Assembly: GCA_947443645.1 (NCBI GenBank)
Contig: CANEXF010000004.1
Coordinates: forward strand, 18,642 to 82,641
Origin: Comamonadaceae bacterium
GTDB lineage: Bacteria > Pseudomonadota > Gammaproteobacteria > Burkholderiales > Burkholderiaceae_C
Length of the DNA: 64,000 nucleotides
Direction: 5' to 3'
The notes beneath the pieces are model-generated. The model was not told where the DNA came from, did not search any database, and saw only the letters and a list, made by a program, of their open reading frames with translations. Each line of letters opens with the position of its first letter. Positions within the stretch are counted from its first letter, which is position 1. Of the stretch, positions 18,475 to 27,515 are shown piece after piece. A program made the position numbers and the translations under genes.

Positions 18475-20781
18475 GTGGCAATAAATAAAAATAAAGATAA
18501 TCTTTTAGCGTCGCAGGCTCGTGAGCTGTTCACCGAGCATGTCGGGCGCTTTTTGCCCGATTTGGCCAAGGCCCTGCAGGAGCGCTTTTCTACGCTGCTG
18601 GATCAGCCTGGTACGGCGCGTGAGACGCAAGACAGGCGCGATGCCTGGCTGGCTTTTCAAGCCGGCAGTTCGCTCTGGGTCAGCGAAACCCTCAAATCAT
18701 GGGGCAGGGCGCCTGAGCCTGGCGCTGCTTTACCAACCGGGCGCTCCGTCTACGAAAGCGGCAAATTCGAGTTGATGGACAACGAGGTGATGGAGAACAG
18801 AATTCTCGCCTCGCGGCTGGCCTTGGGTCTGCTGGATCTGTCAAGCTGGGAGCTCAATGATTTGCGACTGCGCGTTCAGCGTCTGGACGGCGTTTCGGAG
18901 TTGCATAAAGACGACATATTGCTGCCCGAAGTGCTGGCCCACAGACTTGTGGAGCAGTGGATGGCGGCCAACCTCTCGCGCGATGTCTGGATGATGGTTC
19001 AGGATCTGATTCAAGCGCGTTTTGCCGAACACCTGCTGGTGTGTTATCAAGCGGCCAATGAGTTCCTGATTCAACGCGGCGTGATGGCAGAGATCGATCT
19101 CAAGCGGCAGGTCAAACGCAGCGAGTCTTCCGTCTTGAAGTCGCAGCAGACAGGTGCACTGGTTAGCGAGATGGCCCAGGGCGGCGCCAATTCGGTCTCA
19201 TCTACTGCTTCATCTGCAGCTGCATCCCCGGCTACATCAGTGGTCTATGGCCCGGCCGACGAGACACGGATGCAGTCTGCGACCACGCCGTTGGCAAGGG
19301 CGCGCATGCGCGCACAAGGCGTGATGGGGCGGCTTAAACGGCTGCTTACCAATCAGGCTGCTGGTTTTGACGATACCAACGCGGCACCAGCTTCGCCGCA
19401 ACTGGCGCAGGCTCTGGCCGGCATGGCGGGCGGCCGTGGTGACGACACCTGGCTGGCGGACGAACCTGGCCAGATTTATGGACCCGCGCATATCGAGCGG
19501 GCTTCCGCATCCTTGCGCCAGCAGACCAGCAGCCTCAAGCGCGCAGCCGGAACTTCCGCCGAAAAAGCGACGATTGAAATCGTCGCGCTGATGTTCCAAA
19601 GTATTTTGGCCGAAGACCGCATCCCGACTGCGGTACGCGTGTGGTTTGCGCGCCTGCAGATGCCGGTGTTGCGGGTGGCGCTGGCCGAACCCGAGTTTTT
19701 CGGTTCCCTGCAGCATCCGGCGCGTCGCCTGATTGATCGCATGGGTTCCTGCGTGCTTGGCTTTGACGCCGACGTGTCGGGCGGTGCCATGGAGGCAGAG
19801 ATCAAGCGTGTGGTGCAGGTGATTGAGCAATACCCCGAGACCGGTCGCCGCGTATTTCAGCTGGTATATGACGAATTCCAGAAGTTTCTGTCCAAGTTCC
19901 TGTCCGAGCAGGGCAGTGCAGCGCGCGTGGTGAGCATTGCTCAGCAGGTTGAGCAAAAAGAAACCATGGTGATTCAGTTCACCATAGAGATGCGCAACAT
20001 GCTTAACGACATGCCTGTACGCGATGAGATACGTGAATTCCTGTTCAAGGTGTGGGCCGAGGTGTTGGCGATTTCGGCCATGCGCAACGGGCCGCAGCAC
20101 AAGGAGACCATCACGCTCAAGCAGGCCGCAGCAGACCTGGTCTGGGCGGCAAGTGCCAAGCCCAATCGCATAGACCGCGCCAAGGTGATTGCTGATCTGC
20201 CCAAGTTGCTGCAGCTGATGCGTCTGGGTATGGGCATGCTGAACATGAACGGCAAAACGCAGGATCAGCACATCAAGGTCATCAGCGACACGCTGGCCGA
20301 TGCCTTTTTGTCCAAGACCGACGCGATTTCCGTGGAACGTATAGACACCATGGCCAAGCGGCTGGCGAACCTCGAGGACTACCTTACCGATGCAGATGTT
20401 GGTGACTTGCCTCTGGACACGGACAGCCTGGTCATGATGATAGGCATTGATGCGTCCGATATCGAGGTCATCACCGATGGCGGAAGCCAGCCGACTGAAG
20501 CGATGCGCGCCTGGGCGCAGGAGTTGCAGCTGGGCGCCTGGTTCACGCTGGACCATGGCGGGCGCGTGAGTCATGTCCAGTTTGCATGGCGTAGCGAGCG
20601 CAAGCAGCTTCATTTGTTCGCATCCGCGGACGGGCGCAACATCCTGATCCAGGCGCGGCGCCTGGCCGCTTATCTGCAGGCCGGTTTGCTGGTGCCTACT
20701 GAAGACGAGGCCCTGACGGTTCGCGCGACCCGCGACGCGCTGGCCAAGCTCGATGCCAATCCCGAGCGCCTGCTGGGTTGA
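18475..20781 (+). CDS. DUF1631 family protein (conserved, function unknown)
   Basis: 768-aa ORF with a GTG start. The region PVLRVALAEPEFFGSLQHPARRLIDRMG matches my memory of the DUF1631 family. This was not verified by a search. Confidence 0.7.
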   Translation: MAINKNKDNLLASQARELFTEHVGRFLPDLAKALQERFSTLLDQPGTARETQDRRDAWLAFQAGSSLWVSETLKSWGRAPEPGAALPTGRSVYESGKFELMDNEVMENRILASRLALGLLDLSSWELNDLRLRVQRLDGVSELHKDDILLPEVLAHRLVEQWMAANLSRDVWMMVQDLIQARFAEHLLVCYQAANEFLIQRGVMAEIDLKRQVKRSESSVLKSQQTGALVSEMAQGGANSVSSTASSAAASPATSVVYGPADETRMQSATTPLARARMRAQGVMGRLKRLLTNQAAGFDDTNAAPASPQLAQALAGMAGGRGDDTWLADEPGQIYGPAHIERASASLRQQTSSLKRAAGTSAEKATIEIVALMFQSILAEDRIPTAVRVWFARLQMPVLRVALAEPEFFGSLQHPARRLIDRMGSCVLGFDADVSGGAMEAEIKRVVQVIEQYPETGRRVFQLVYDEFQKFLSKFLSEQGSAARVVSIAQQVEQKETMVIQFTIEMRNMLNDMPVRDEIREFLFKVWAEVLAISAMRNGPQHKETITLKQAAADLVWAASAKPNRIDRAKVIADLPKLLQLMRLGMGMLNMNGKTQDQHIKVISDTLADAFLSKTDAISVERIDTMAKRLANLEDYLTDADVGDLPLDTDSLVMMIGIDASDIEVITDGGSQPTEAMRAWAQELQLGAWFTLDHGGRVSHVQFAWRSERKQLHLFASADGRNILIQARRLAAYLQAGLLVPTEDEALTVRATRDALAKLDANPERLLG

Positions 20782-20822
20782 GTTTGTGAGATTGCCATGG
20801 TCAGATGGCAAGGTTGGTGGTT

Positions 20823-21338
20823 TTAGTGTGCGATTCGCAACTGCGTGTCATCGCACAATTCGTCGAGCACCAGCGCCTCGGGTTCTTCGCCAAAGCTCCA
20901 GTAAACCATCAGCACGATGATTTTCAGGTCGTCCAGCGTCACCGGGTTGCCGGGCGCGGCCATTGCGCGGTCAATGGCAATTTCTCGCATGTGCGGCGGC
21001 AGCACACCCGAGGACTCCAGAAAACTCACAAAACCCAGTGCTTCACGGCCCAGATGTTCCTGTTCGGTAATGGAGTAAACGCGCAGGCTGTTTTGCGACT
21101 GGGCCTGAATCGCGGGTTGTGCAAGCTGACCGGCCGGCAACATGTCGCTGCCCGACCGCGGCAGGCAAATCTGGGTGCTTTGCGCGGCGATGTTTAGGCC
21201 TTCGAGCCACTCCAGCGCGGCCTGGATTTCTTCGGCTTCAAAGCCGACGGCGGTAAGTTTTCGACTCAGCTGATGCGCTTCAGGGCAGGCATCGCCTTGC
21301 CAGTAATTTTCGTAAACGTACACCAGAACTTCAAACAT
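20823..21338 (-). CDS. smg: Smg protein (DUF494)
   Basis: MFEVLVYVYENYW... N-terminus characteristic of Smg. Confidence 0.9.
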   Translation of the reverse strand: MFEVLVYVYENYWQGDACPEAHQLSRKLTAVGFEAEEIQAALEWLEGLNIAAQSTQICLPRSGSDMLPAGQLAQPAIQAQSQNSLRVYSITEQEHLGREALGFVSFLESSGVLPPHMREIAIDRAMAAPGNPVTLDDLKIIVLMVYWSFGEEPEALVLDELCDDTQLRIAH

Positions 21339-21461
21339 GCTGTCAATATAACCCAGATAGACACGCAGTTGTCACAAGGGCCTTTGGCTCTGGCTTGCCT
21401 GCTCGTCAGCGCGCGGTCTGGCCTGGTTAAAATGCGGCTTGAAACAAATTTGCGGAGTGCA

Positions 21462-21827
21462 ATGACTTTTATTTGGTACACACTGGCCGGAGGCATGGCG
21501 ACTGCCGTGCATTACATCGTGCTGGTGGTGCTGGTGGAATTGTTTGACTTGTCGCCCGCGCTGTCTGCTGTTTTGGGCGCCCTGTGTGGCGCTGCGGTTT
21601 CCTACCTTCTCAACCGGCGCCTGACCTTTCCTGGCACTGTTGTGGGTCATCGATTGGCCGTGATCCGCTTCTTGCTGGTGGCAGCCGCCGGTGCTGCGCT
21701 CAATGGCGGCATGGTGTGGGCCGGTGTGCATCTGCTGGCCTGGCATTACCTTCTGGCGCAGGCCTTGGCAACGATTGTTGTGCTTGGCCTGAGCTACCGT
21801 CTTAACCGTTCCTGGACCTTCGCGTGA
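21462..21827 (+). CDS. GtrA family membrane protein (putative lipid-linked sugar translocase)
   Basis: About 121 aa with 4 TM helices and the motifs YLLNRRLTF and YRLNRSWTF. The ATG follows a ggag RBS. Its stop overlaps the next gene's GTG. Confidence 0.8.
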   Translation: MTFIWYTLAGGMATAVHYIVLVVLVELFDLSPALSAVLGALCGAAVSYLLNRRLTFPGTVVGHRLAVIRFLLVAAAGAALNGGMVWAGVHLLAWHYLLAQALATIVVLGLSYRLNRSWTFA

Positions 21828-22846
21828 ACCCTCAGAACATTCAAACGCTTGCCATCGCAAGCCCCGCTGCGACTTGCGCGCTGTCCGTCATCGTGCCGGT
21901 CTATAACGAAGAGGACGTGCTGCCGATTTTTCATGCGCGGCTGACATCGGCCTTGGCTGGCTTGGCAGGCGGCTGGGAAGTCGTTTATGTCAACGATGGC
22001 AGCAAGGACAGCTCGCTGGGGATTCTCAAGGCGATGCAGCTGGCCGCCCCAGCCGTTGTGAGCCTGGCTTCGCTGAGCCGGAATTTTGGCAAGGAAGCTG
22101 CCATGAGCGCCGGCTTGCAACTGGCACGCGGCAGCGCGGTGATCCTGATTGATGCCGACCTGCAAGATCCGCCCGAATTGATTCCGCAAATGGTCCAGGC
22201 CTGGCATGAGGGCGCTGATATGGTCAACATGCGGCGGCGCAGCCGGCAGGGCGAGACCTGGTTCAAGAAGGCCTCGGCGCATGGTTTTTACCGCGCCATC
22301 AATTGGTTGTCCGAGGTGCCTATTCCGGAGGACGTGGGTGATTTTCGCTTGCTCAGTCGTCGCGCTGTTCAGGCGCTGAACCAGCTGCCCGAGAGCAGCC
22401 GCTTTATGAAAGGCCTGTTTGCCTGGATCGGCTATCGGCAGATGACCATAGAGTACGACCGCCATGCGCGTGCGGCGGGCGAGACCAAGTGGCCTTATTT
22501 CAAACTCTTGAACTTCGCCATTGAAGGCATCACCAGCTTTTCTGTGGTGCCGCTGCGCCTGGCCAGCTATGCCGGCTTCATCACAGCGCTGGGCTCATTC
22601 CTCTACGCGCTGGTGTTTCTTGTCAAGACCATGATCTTCGGCGATTCAGTCAAGGGCTTTCCTACCCTGATCGTCACAATTTTGCTCATGGGTGGCCTGC
22701 AGCTGATGGCCACGGGCATTATTGGCGAGTACCTGGGCAAGCTCTTCATGGAAAGCAAACGCAGGCCGCTGTATCTGCTTGACGAGTACCAGCCCGCGGC
22801 TTTGGCTGCAACTGTGCCGACCAATCAGACGGCAACCAGCGCATGA
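21824..22846 (+). CDS. Family 2 glycosyltransferase, ArnC/GtrB-like polyprenyl-phosphate glycosyltransferase
   Basis: LSVIVPVYNEE...VNDGSKD...DADLQDPPE motifs plus two C-terminal TM helices. Confidence 0.85.
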   Translation: MNPQNIQTLAIASPAATCALSVIVPVYNEEDVLPIFHARLTSALAGLAGGWEVVYVNDGSKDSSLGILKAMQLAAPAVVSLASLSRNFGKEAAMSAGLQLARGSAVILIDADLQDPPELIPQMVQAWHEGADMVNMRRRSRQGETWFKKASAHGFYRAINWLSEVPIPEDVGDFRLLSRRAVQALNQLPESSRFMKGLFAWIGYRQMTIEYDRHARAAGETKWPYFKLLNFAIEGITSFSVVPLRLASYAGFITALGSFLYALVFLVKTMIFGDSVKGFPTLIVTILLMGGLQLMATGIIGEYLGKLFMESKRRPLYLLDEYQPAALAATVPTNQTATSA

Positions 22847-24306
22847 GCATGAAAAACGAATCGGGTGCCGGCAGGCTGTTGGTCTGGACCTTGGCCATCG
22901 TTGGGCTGCTGCGGCTTTTGACCATGGGCCTTTACCCGCTGACCGACACCACCGAGGCGCGCTATGCCGAAGTGGCGCGCAAGATGGTTGAGCTGGGCGA
23001 CTGGATCACGCCCTGGTATGACTACGGCGTGCCTTTTTGGGCCAAGCCGCCCCTGTCCACCTGGCTGACAGCCATCAGCCTCAAGCTGTTCGGCATCAAT
23101 GAATTCGCCGCGCGGCTGCCGTATTTTCTGCTCGCCGTGCTGATCGCCTGGCTGGTCTGGGACTGGTTCGCGCGCCAGTCCAGGCGCCAGGCCTTGCTGA
23201 CCGTGGCCTTGCTCAGTGGCAGTCTGCTGTATCTGGTCGCCTCGGCCGCCGTCATGACCGATTTGGCCCTGGTGTTGGGCACGACGCTGGCCATGCGCGG
23301 GTTTTGGGCCGCGTTTGCCACCGAGCAAGCGGCCAGGTCGCGAGAAGTCTGGTTGCTGTTTGTCGGCCTCGGCATTGGCTTGCTGGCAAAAGGGCCTATC
23401 GCCGTGGTGCTGACGGGCCTGCCCATCGCCATCTGGGCGCTGCTGACCGGCAACATCGCCAACAGCTGGAAGAAGCTGCCCTGGATTCGCGGCAGCCTCT
23501 TGATGCTGGCCATTGCTGTGCCCTGGTACTGGATGGCTGAGATCCGCACGCCGGGCTATTGGGATTATTTCTTTATAGGCGAGCACTGGAAGCGCTTCAC
23601 GGTCACGGGCTGGGCTGGCGACAAATATGGCACGGCGCACGCCACGGCACGCGGCGCCATCTGGCTCTACGCCGTCGCGGCCTGCCTGCCCTGGACCGTG
23701 TTGCTGCCGCTGCTGGCGATCAAGCGACGCAAGCTGGATGTTTCAACACCGAACCCGACGATGGCGTCCGTTCAGCGGCAGTGGCGAATCTACCTGCTGG
23801 CCTGGGCCGTGGCGCCTTGCCTGTTCTTCACCGTCGCGGGCAATATCCTGTGGACTTATGTGTTGCCGGCGCTGCCTGCGCTGGCCGTGCTGGCGGCCGG
23901 CTGGCTGGCGGCCGATGTGCGGGGTCGCCTGGTTGACCGCGTGGTGTCTGTGGGCGTGCTCGCAATGGCGCTGATCGTGGCTGGCTTCTTCGTCAATCAG
24001 CAGCTGGCCGACAGCTGGAAGACGGCCAAAACTGCCGTGCTGGCCTATCAGGCCTATCCTGCACGTGCTGCCGATCAGCCCCTGCTTTTTATTGGCGACC
24101 TGCCGTATTCCGCCTCGTTTTACAGCCAGGGTAAGGCCAAGGCACTTGCCGGCCATGCCGAGCTGGCCAAGCGTCTGGCCCAGGGGCCGGTATTTCTGGC
24201 GCTGACACCGGCGCAGGTGCAAGAGCTACCGCCCGAACTCAAAGCCATTTTGCGGCTGCAGGTCAAAGCTGGCGCCTACGATCTGTATTCGTCGGCGCCA
24301 AACTAG
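22843..24306 (+). CDS. ArnT-like GT-C glycosyltransferase (PMT_2 type)
   Basis: TEARYAEVARKMVELGDWITPWYDYGVPFWAKPPL closely mirrors the ArnT N-terminal catalytic region. The start overlaps the upstream stop (ATGA). Confidence 0.85.
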   Translation: MSMKNESGAGRLLVWTLAIVGLLRLLTMGLYPLTDTTEARYAEVARKMVELGDWITPWYDYGVPFWAKPPLSTWLTAISLKLFGINEFAARLPYFLLAVLIAWLVWDWFARQSRRQALLTVALLSGSLLYLVASAAVMTDLALVLGTTLAMRGFWAAFATEQAARSREVWLLFVGLGIGLLAKGPIAVVLTGLPIAIWALLTGNIANSWKKLPWIRGSLLMLAIAVPWYWMAEIRTPGYWDYFFIGEHWKRFTVTGWAGDKYGTAHATARGAIWLYAVAACLPWTVLLPLLAIKRRKLDVSTPNPTMASVQRQWRIYLLAWAVAPCLFFTVAGNILWTYVLPALPALAVLAAGWLAADVRGRLVDRVVSVGVLAMALIVAGFFVNQQLADSWKTAKTAVLAYQAYPARAADQPLLFIGDLPYSASFYSQGKAKALAGHAELAKRLAQGPVFLALTPAQVQELPPELKAILRLQVKAGAYDLYSSAPN

Positions 24307-24368
24307 AAGCCTGCACCTCAAGCGGGGCATTTGGTCTATGGATTCATGCTCTGACGCCCATAGAACGT

Positions 24369-24396
24369 GCGCAGCCAGCTATATATTTGCTAGCGC
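24369..24396. repeat. AT-rich palindromic element, divergent intergenic copy
   Basis: gcgcagccagctatatatttgctagcgc fits the family pattern GCGC-N5-GCTAT-N7-9-TAGC. Confidence 0.55.
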
Positions 24397-24446
24397 TGCC
24401 CGCCTGCGGGCAACTATTTCACACCACCAACACGAAAGAGGTCGAC

Positions 24447-24740
24447 ATGATCGTTCGATTCAACATTGACCTGAGTATGCAAGAGCAGTTCGACTACCGC
24501 GTGACTTACGAGGGTGAGGACCTGTATTCCGACGTCGGGCTCGAAAGCATAGAAGACTGCATCGTTGCCGCGACCGAGGGTCTGGGCAGTGACGCCGTAG
24601 CGGTCGAAATTGCCTACAAGGGCATCATCAGCGGCACTTACCCGTTGGCTTCTCTGGCGCTGGTCCTGGACCAGATTGCCTTGCATGCCTTGCAAACGAC
24701 AGAGGCTGTGGAAGAGGCGATTGCAGAAGCCGGCAAATAG
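24447..24740 (+). CDS. Small acidic hypothetical protein (97 aa)
   Basis: The ATG is preceded by a gaaagagg RBS. I recognise no motif. Confidence 0.6.
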   Translation: MIVRFNIDLSMQEQFDYRVTYEGEDLYSDVGLESIEDCIVAATEGLGSDAVAVEIAYKGIISGTYPLASLALVLDQIALHALQTTEAVEEAIAEAGK

Positions 24741-24807
24741 CGGCTGTGATTACTGGTTCTGGCGGCGCTTGAAACTCAGAGACTTGAGCATCAAACGCGA
24801 TAAATGA

Positions 24808-24906
24808 GGTTGACGAGCCTTACCCCGGCACTGGCTCCACAGTTAGGGCTGCTTGGTTCCCCACCTGACCCGGTTGGCCGCTTCACCATGCGAGGAGGCC
24901 CGTCAG
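24808..24906 (-). ncRNA. ffs: Signal recognition particle RNA (4.5S / small SRP RNA)
   Basis: The minus strand reads ...CCGGGUCAGGUGGGGAACCAAGCAGCC..., matching the domain IV consensus GGUCAGGUCCGGAAGGAAGCAGCC with compensated pairs around the GGAA tetraloop. The terminal helix is GACGGGCCU/AGGCUCGUC. Confidence 0.85.
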
Positions 24907-24911
24907 TTGTT

Positions 24912-24939
24912 ATTGTAAGGGCAGCGATGGCGTCTTCAA
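24912..24939 (-). promoter_or_regulatory. Sigma70-type promoter of ffs
   Basis: On the minus strand, TTGAAG, a 16-nt spacer and TACAAT. The -10 hexamer lies about 7 nt upstream of the predicted SRP RNA 5' end. Confidence 0.7.
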
Positions 24940-24986
24940 CCTCAGGGGGCAGAAAAACCACCTGGGCTGCACCTTAGAATCGAAGC

Positions 24987-27002
24987 ATGTCTTATCTCGT
25001 GCTCGCCCGCAAATACCGTCCTAAAAATTTCTCGGAAATGGTGGGGCAGTCGCATGTGGTGCAGGCGCTGGGCAATGCGCTCACAACACAGCGCTTGCAC
25101 CATGCCTACATCTTCACGGGCACGCGCGGTGTCGGCAAGACCACCATTTCGCGGATTCTGGCCAAGTCGCTCAATTGCCTGGGCGCGGACGGGCAGGGCG
25201 GCATCACCGCTAAGCCGTGCGGCGTGTGCCAGGCTTGCTGCGACATCGACAGCGGCCGCTTTGTCGATTACACCGAGCTTGATGCCGCCTCCAACCGCGG
25301 TGTGGACGAAATCGCCCAGTTGCTCGAGCAGGCGGTCTACAAGCCCGTGGTTGGCCGCTTCAAGGTCTTCATGATTGACGAGGTTCACATGCTCACGAAC
25401 ACGGCGTTTAACGCCATGCTCAAGACGCTGGAAGAGCCGCCCGAATACCTCAAGTTTGTGCTGGCCACCACAGACCCGCAAAAAGTGCCGGCGACCGTGC
25501 TGTCGCGATGCCTGCAGTTCAATTTGCGCCCTATGGCGCCTGAGACCGTGCTGGAGCACCTGAGCCATGTGCTGGCGATTGAAAACGTGCCGGCCGAGCA
25601 GCAGGCCCTGCGACTGCTGGCGCGGGCTGCGCGCGGCTCCATGCGTGACGCCTTGTCGCTGACCGATCAGGCCATCGCCTTTGGGTCGGGCGAACTGCTC
25701 GAAGCCAGCGTTCGCCTGATGCTGGGCAGTGTGGATCGCAGCTATGTGTTCCGTCTGCTCGACGCGCTGGCGCGCAGCGACGGTAAAACCGTGGTCGAGA
25801 CCTCCGAGGCCCTGCGCCTGCATGGTCTGAGCGCGGCTTCTACGCTCGAAGAAATGACCACCATCTTGCAACGCATGGCGGTGCTGCAGGCGGTTCCCGA
25901 CATGATGGCAAAAGCCACCGAGGGCGCTGGCGACGATGATGCCGACCCCGAGGCGACCGAGACCGCGCGACTGGCGCAAACCCTGCCAGCGGACGAAACC
26001 CAGCTGCTTTACAGCCTGTGCCTGCATGGCCGCGGCGAGCTGGGTCTGGCGCCTGACGAATACGCGGCGCTGACCATGGTCTTGCTGCGCCTGCTGGCTT
26101 TCAAACCGGCGCAAGCGCGGGTCGCTGTCGCGGCAACAGCCGAAAGCGGGAGCGCCGCCGAGCCAGGAAAAAAGCCGCAGCCTGAGTCAGTCAAGGTCGC
26201 GGCGGCGTCTGTGTCGCCGGTGCTTTACAAGGCAAATCCGCTTGTGGCGCCCGAGGAGCGAGCGCTGGTAGCTCCTGATTATGTAGCAAAAGCTGTTCCT
26301 CAAGCCAGCCCGACGCCAGAGCCTGTACCGCTTGCCACTGCTCCAGCCGCGGCGGCCCAGCCGCAGCGCGTGCCGCCCTGGGAGGATGAAGCCCCGGCTG
26401 CACCAATGCCAGTAGCTACATCATCGGCGCCAGATCCAGAGCCAGAGCCAGAGCCATCGCCGCCCGCCGCTTCAGAACGACCCGCCGCGACCATGCCGCC
26501 GCCGTCCCCCTCTTTGCCATCGGCTGCGCTTGAATTTGTCAAAACGCCGCTGGGTGACCGCTGGAGCCAGTTGGTGGGCCAGATGGTCAGCGCCGAGGCC
26601 ATAGGTGCGCTGGTGCGCGAGCTGGCGCTGCAGTCGGAGCTGCGCTCCCAGGAGGATGCTGTCTGGACCTTGCGCGTTGAGCGCCAGTCCCTGAACCAGC
26701 CCGCCGCTTGCGAGAAACTCCAGCTCGCCTTGCAAGCCGCCTTGGGCGGGCCTGATGCCGCATCGGCTATCAAACTCGTTGTTGAAATCGGCGCCGTCAC
26801 CGACACACCGGCACGCCGCAACACGGCGGCGCAGCAGGCGCGCCAGCGCCAGGCCGAAGAAATCATCCAGAGCGATCCGTTTGTGCAGGACCTGATGCGC
26901 AACTGGGGCGCCCGCGTCGTGCCTGGAAGCATCAAACCGATTCTGCCTGCCGCTGCAGGCCTGGCCAAGGCCGGCGCACTGGCCAGCAGCAAGCCGATAT
27001 GA
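24987..27002 (+). CDS. dnaX: DNA polymerase III subunits tau (and possibly gamma)
   Basis: MSYLVLARKYRPKNFSEMVGQ, Walker A GTRGVGKTT, and a Pro/Ala/Glu-rich linker in the C-terminal half. Confidence 0.97.
   Translation: MSYLVLARKYRPKNFSEMVGQSHVVQALGNALTTQRLHHAYIFTGTRGVGKTTISRILAKSLNCLGADGQGGITAKPCGVCQACCDIDSGRFVDYTELDAASNRGVDEIAQLLEQAVYKPVVGRFKVFMIDEVHMLTNTAFNAMLKTLEEPPEYLKFVLATTDPQKVPATVLSRCLQFNLRPMAPETVLEHLSHVLAIENVPAEQQALRLLARAARGSMRDALSLTDQAIAFGSGELLEASVRLMLGSVDRSYVFRLLDALARSDGKTVVETSEALRLHGLSAASTLEEMTTILQRMAVLQAVPDMMAKATEGAGDDDADPEATETARLAQTLPADETQLLYSLCLHGRGELGLAPDEYAALTMVLLRLLAFKPAQARVAVAATAESGSAAEPGKKPQPESVKVAAASVSPVLYKANPLVAPEERALVAPDYVAKAVPQASPTPEPVPLATAPAAAAQPQRVPPWEDEAPAAPMPVATSSAPDPEPEPEPSPPAASERPAATMPPPSPSLPSAALEFVKTPLGDRWSQLVGQMVSAEAIGALVRELALQSELRSQEDAVWTLRVERQSLNQPAACEKLQLALQAALGGPDAASAIKLVVEIGAVTDTPARRNTAAQQARQRQAEEIIQSDPFVQDLMRNWGARVVPGSIKPILPAAAGLAKAGALASSKPI
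26168..26203 (+). other. Candidate -1 programmed ribosomal frameshift site in dnaX
   Basis: The zero-frame codons GGA AAA AAG give the heptamer A_AAA_AAG (26168-26174). The -1 frame then reads GCC GCA GCC TGA. An adjacent imperfect hairpin is gccgcagcc/ggtcgcggc (26174-26203). Confidence 0.5.
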
Positions 27003-27094
27003 TCGGTGCCAACAACCATGGCCGGCATTCGAAAATGCCAGCGATTGCCAAGCTCTACCCCCACTTCTAGTCTTCGTTTTTAAAGGAATTCAAC

Positions 27095-27427
27095 ATGTTC
27101 AACAAAGGACAACTCGCTGGCCTGATGAAGCAGGCGCAAGCCATGCAGGACAACATGAAAAAGGCTCAGGATGAGCTGGCATTCATAGAAGTCACGGCTG
27201 AAGCCGGTGCCGGTCTGGTCAAGGTCACCATGACCTGCAAGCATGATGTCAAACGTGTGGAAATTGACCCCAGCCTCCTGAGCGAAGACAAGGACATGCT
27301 GGAAGACCTGGTGGCAGCAGCATTCAACGCTGCAGTGCGCAAGGCCGAGGATTTGAGCCAGGAAAAAATGGGCAAGCTCACAGCCGGCATGCCCGCCTTG
27401 CCAGGTGGCATGAAGTTCCCATTCTGA
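27095..27427 (+). CDS. ybaB: Nucleoid-associated protein YbaB/EbfC
   Basis: 110 aa with [18 protein letters not shown], in the conserved position between dnaX and recR. Confidence 0.93.
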   Translation: MFNKGQLAGLMKQAQAMQDNMKKAQDELAFIEVTAEAGAGLVKVTMTCKHDVKRVEIDPSLLSEDKDMLEDLVAAAFNAAVRKAEDLSQEKMGKLTAGMPALPGGMKFPF

Positions 27428-27515
27428 TGGCGCCAGGGCTGGGCGCCACACCCGTTTGCGCCAGTTCCTGTTTTTTCTTACCTCATTCCTTGCCGCTTTC
27501 CGCCACTAGCCATTG

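Noticed and set aside
19237-20811. Long antisense ORFs opposite real genes. Examples are 19237-20811 opposite the DUF1631 gene, 24942-26114 opposite dnaX, 47565-48977 opposite nadE, 7686-8654 and 9995-11326 opposite the addAB-like genes, and 13716-14540 opposite the flavoprotein gene.
   Set aside because: These are typical shadow ORFs of GC-rich DNA. Their products are Arg/Gly/His/Gln-rich and low in complexity with no recognisable motifs, whereas the opposite strand carries strong family signatures.
26435-26454. A (CCAGAG)3 microsatellite in dnaX encoding PEPEPEP.
   Set aside because: It is a short in-frame repeat within a low-complexity linker. It could vary in length between strains, but nothing here indicates function or phase variation.
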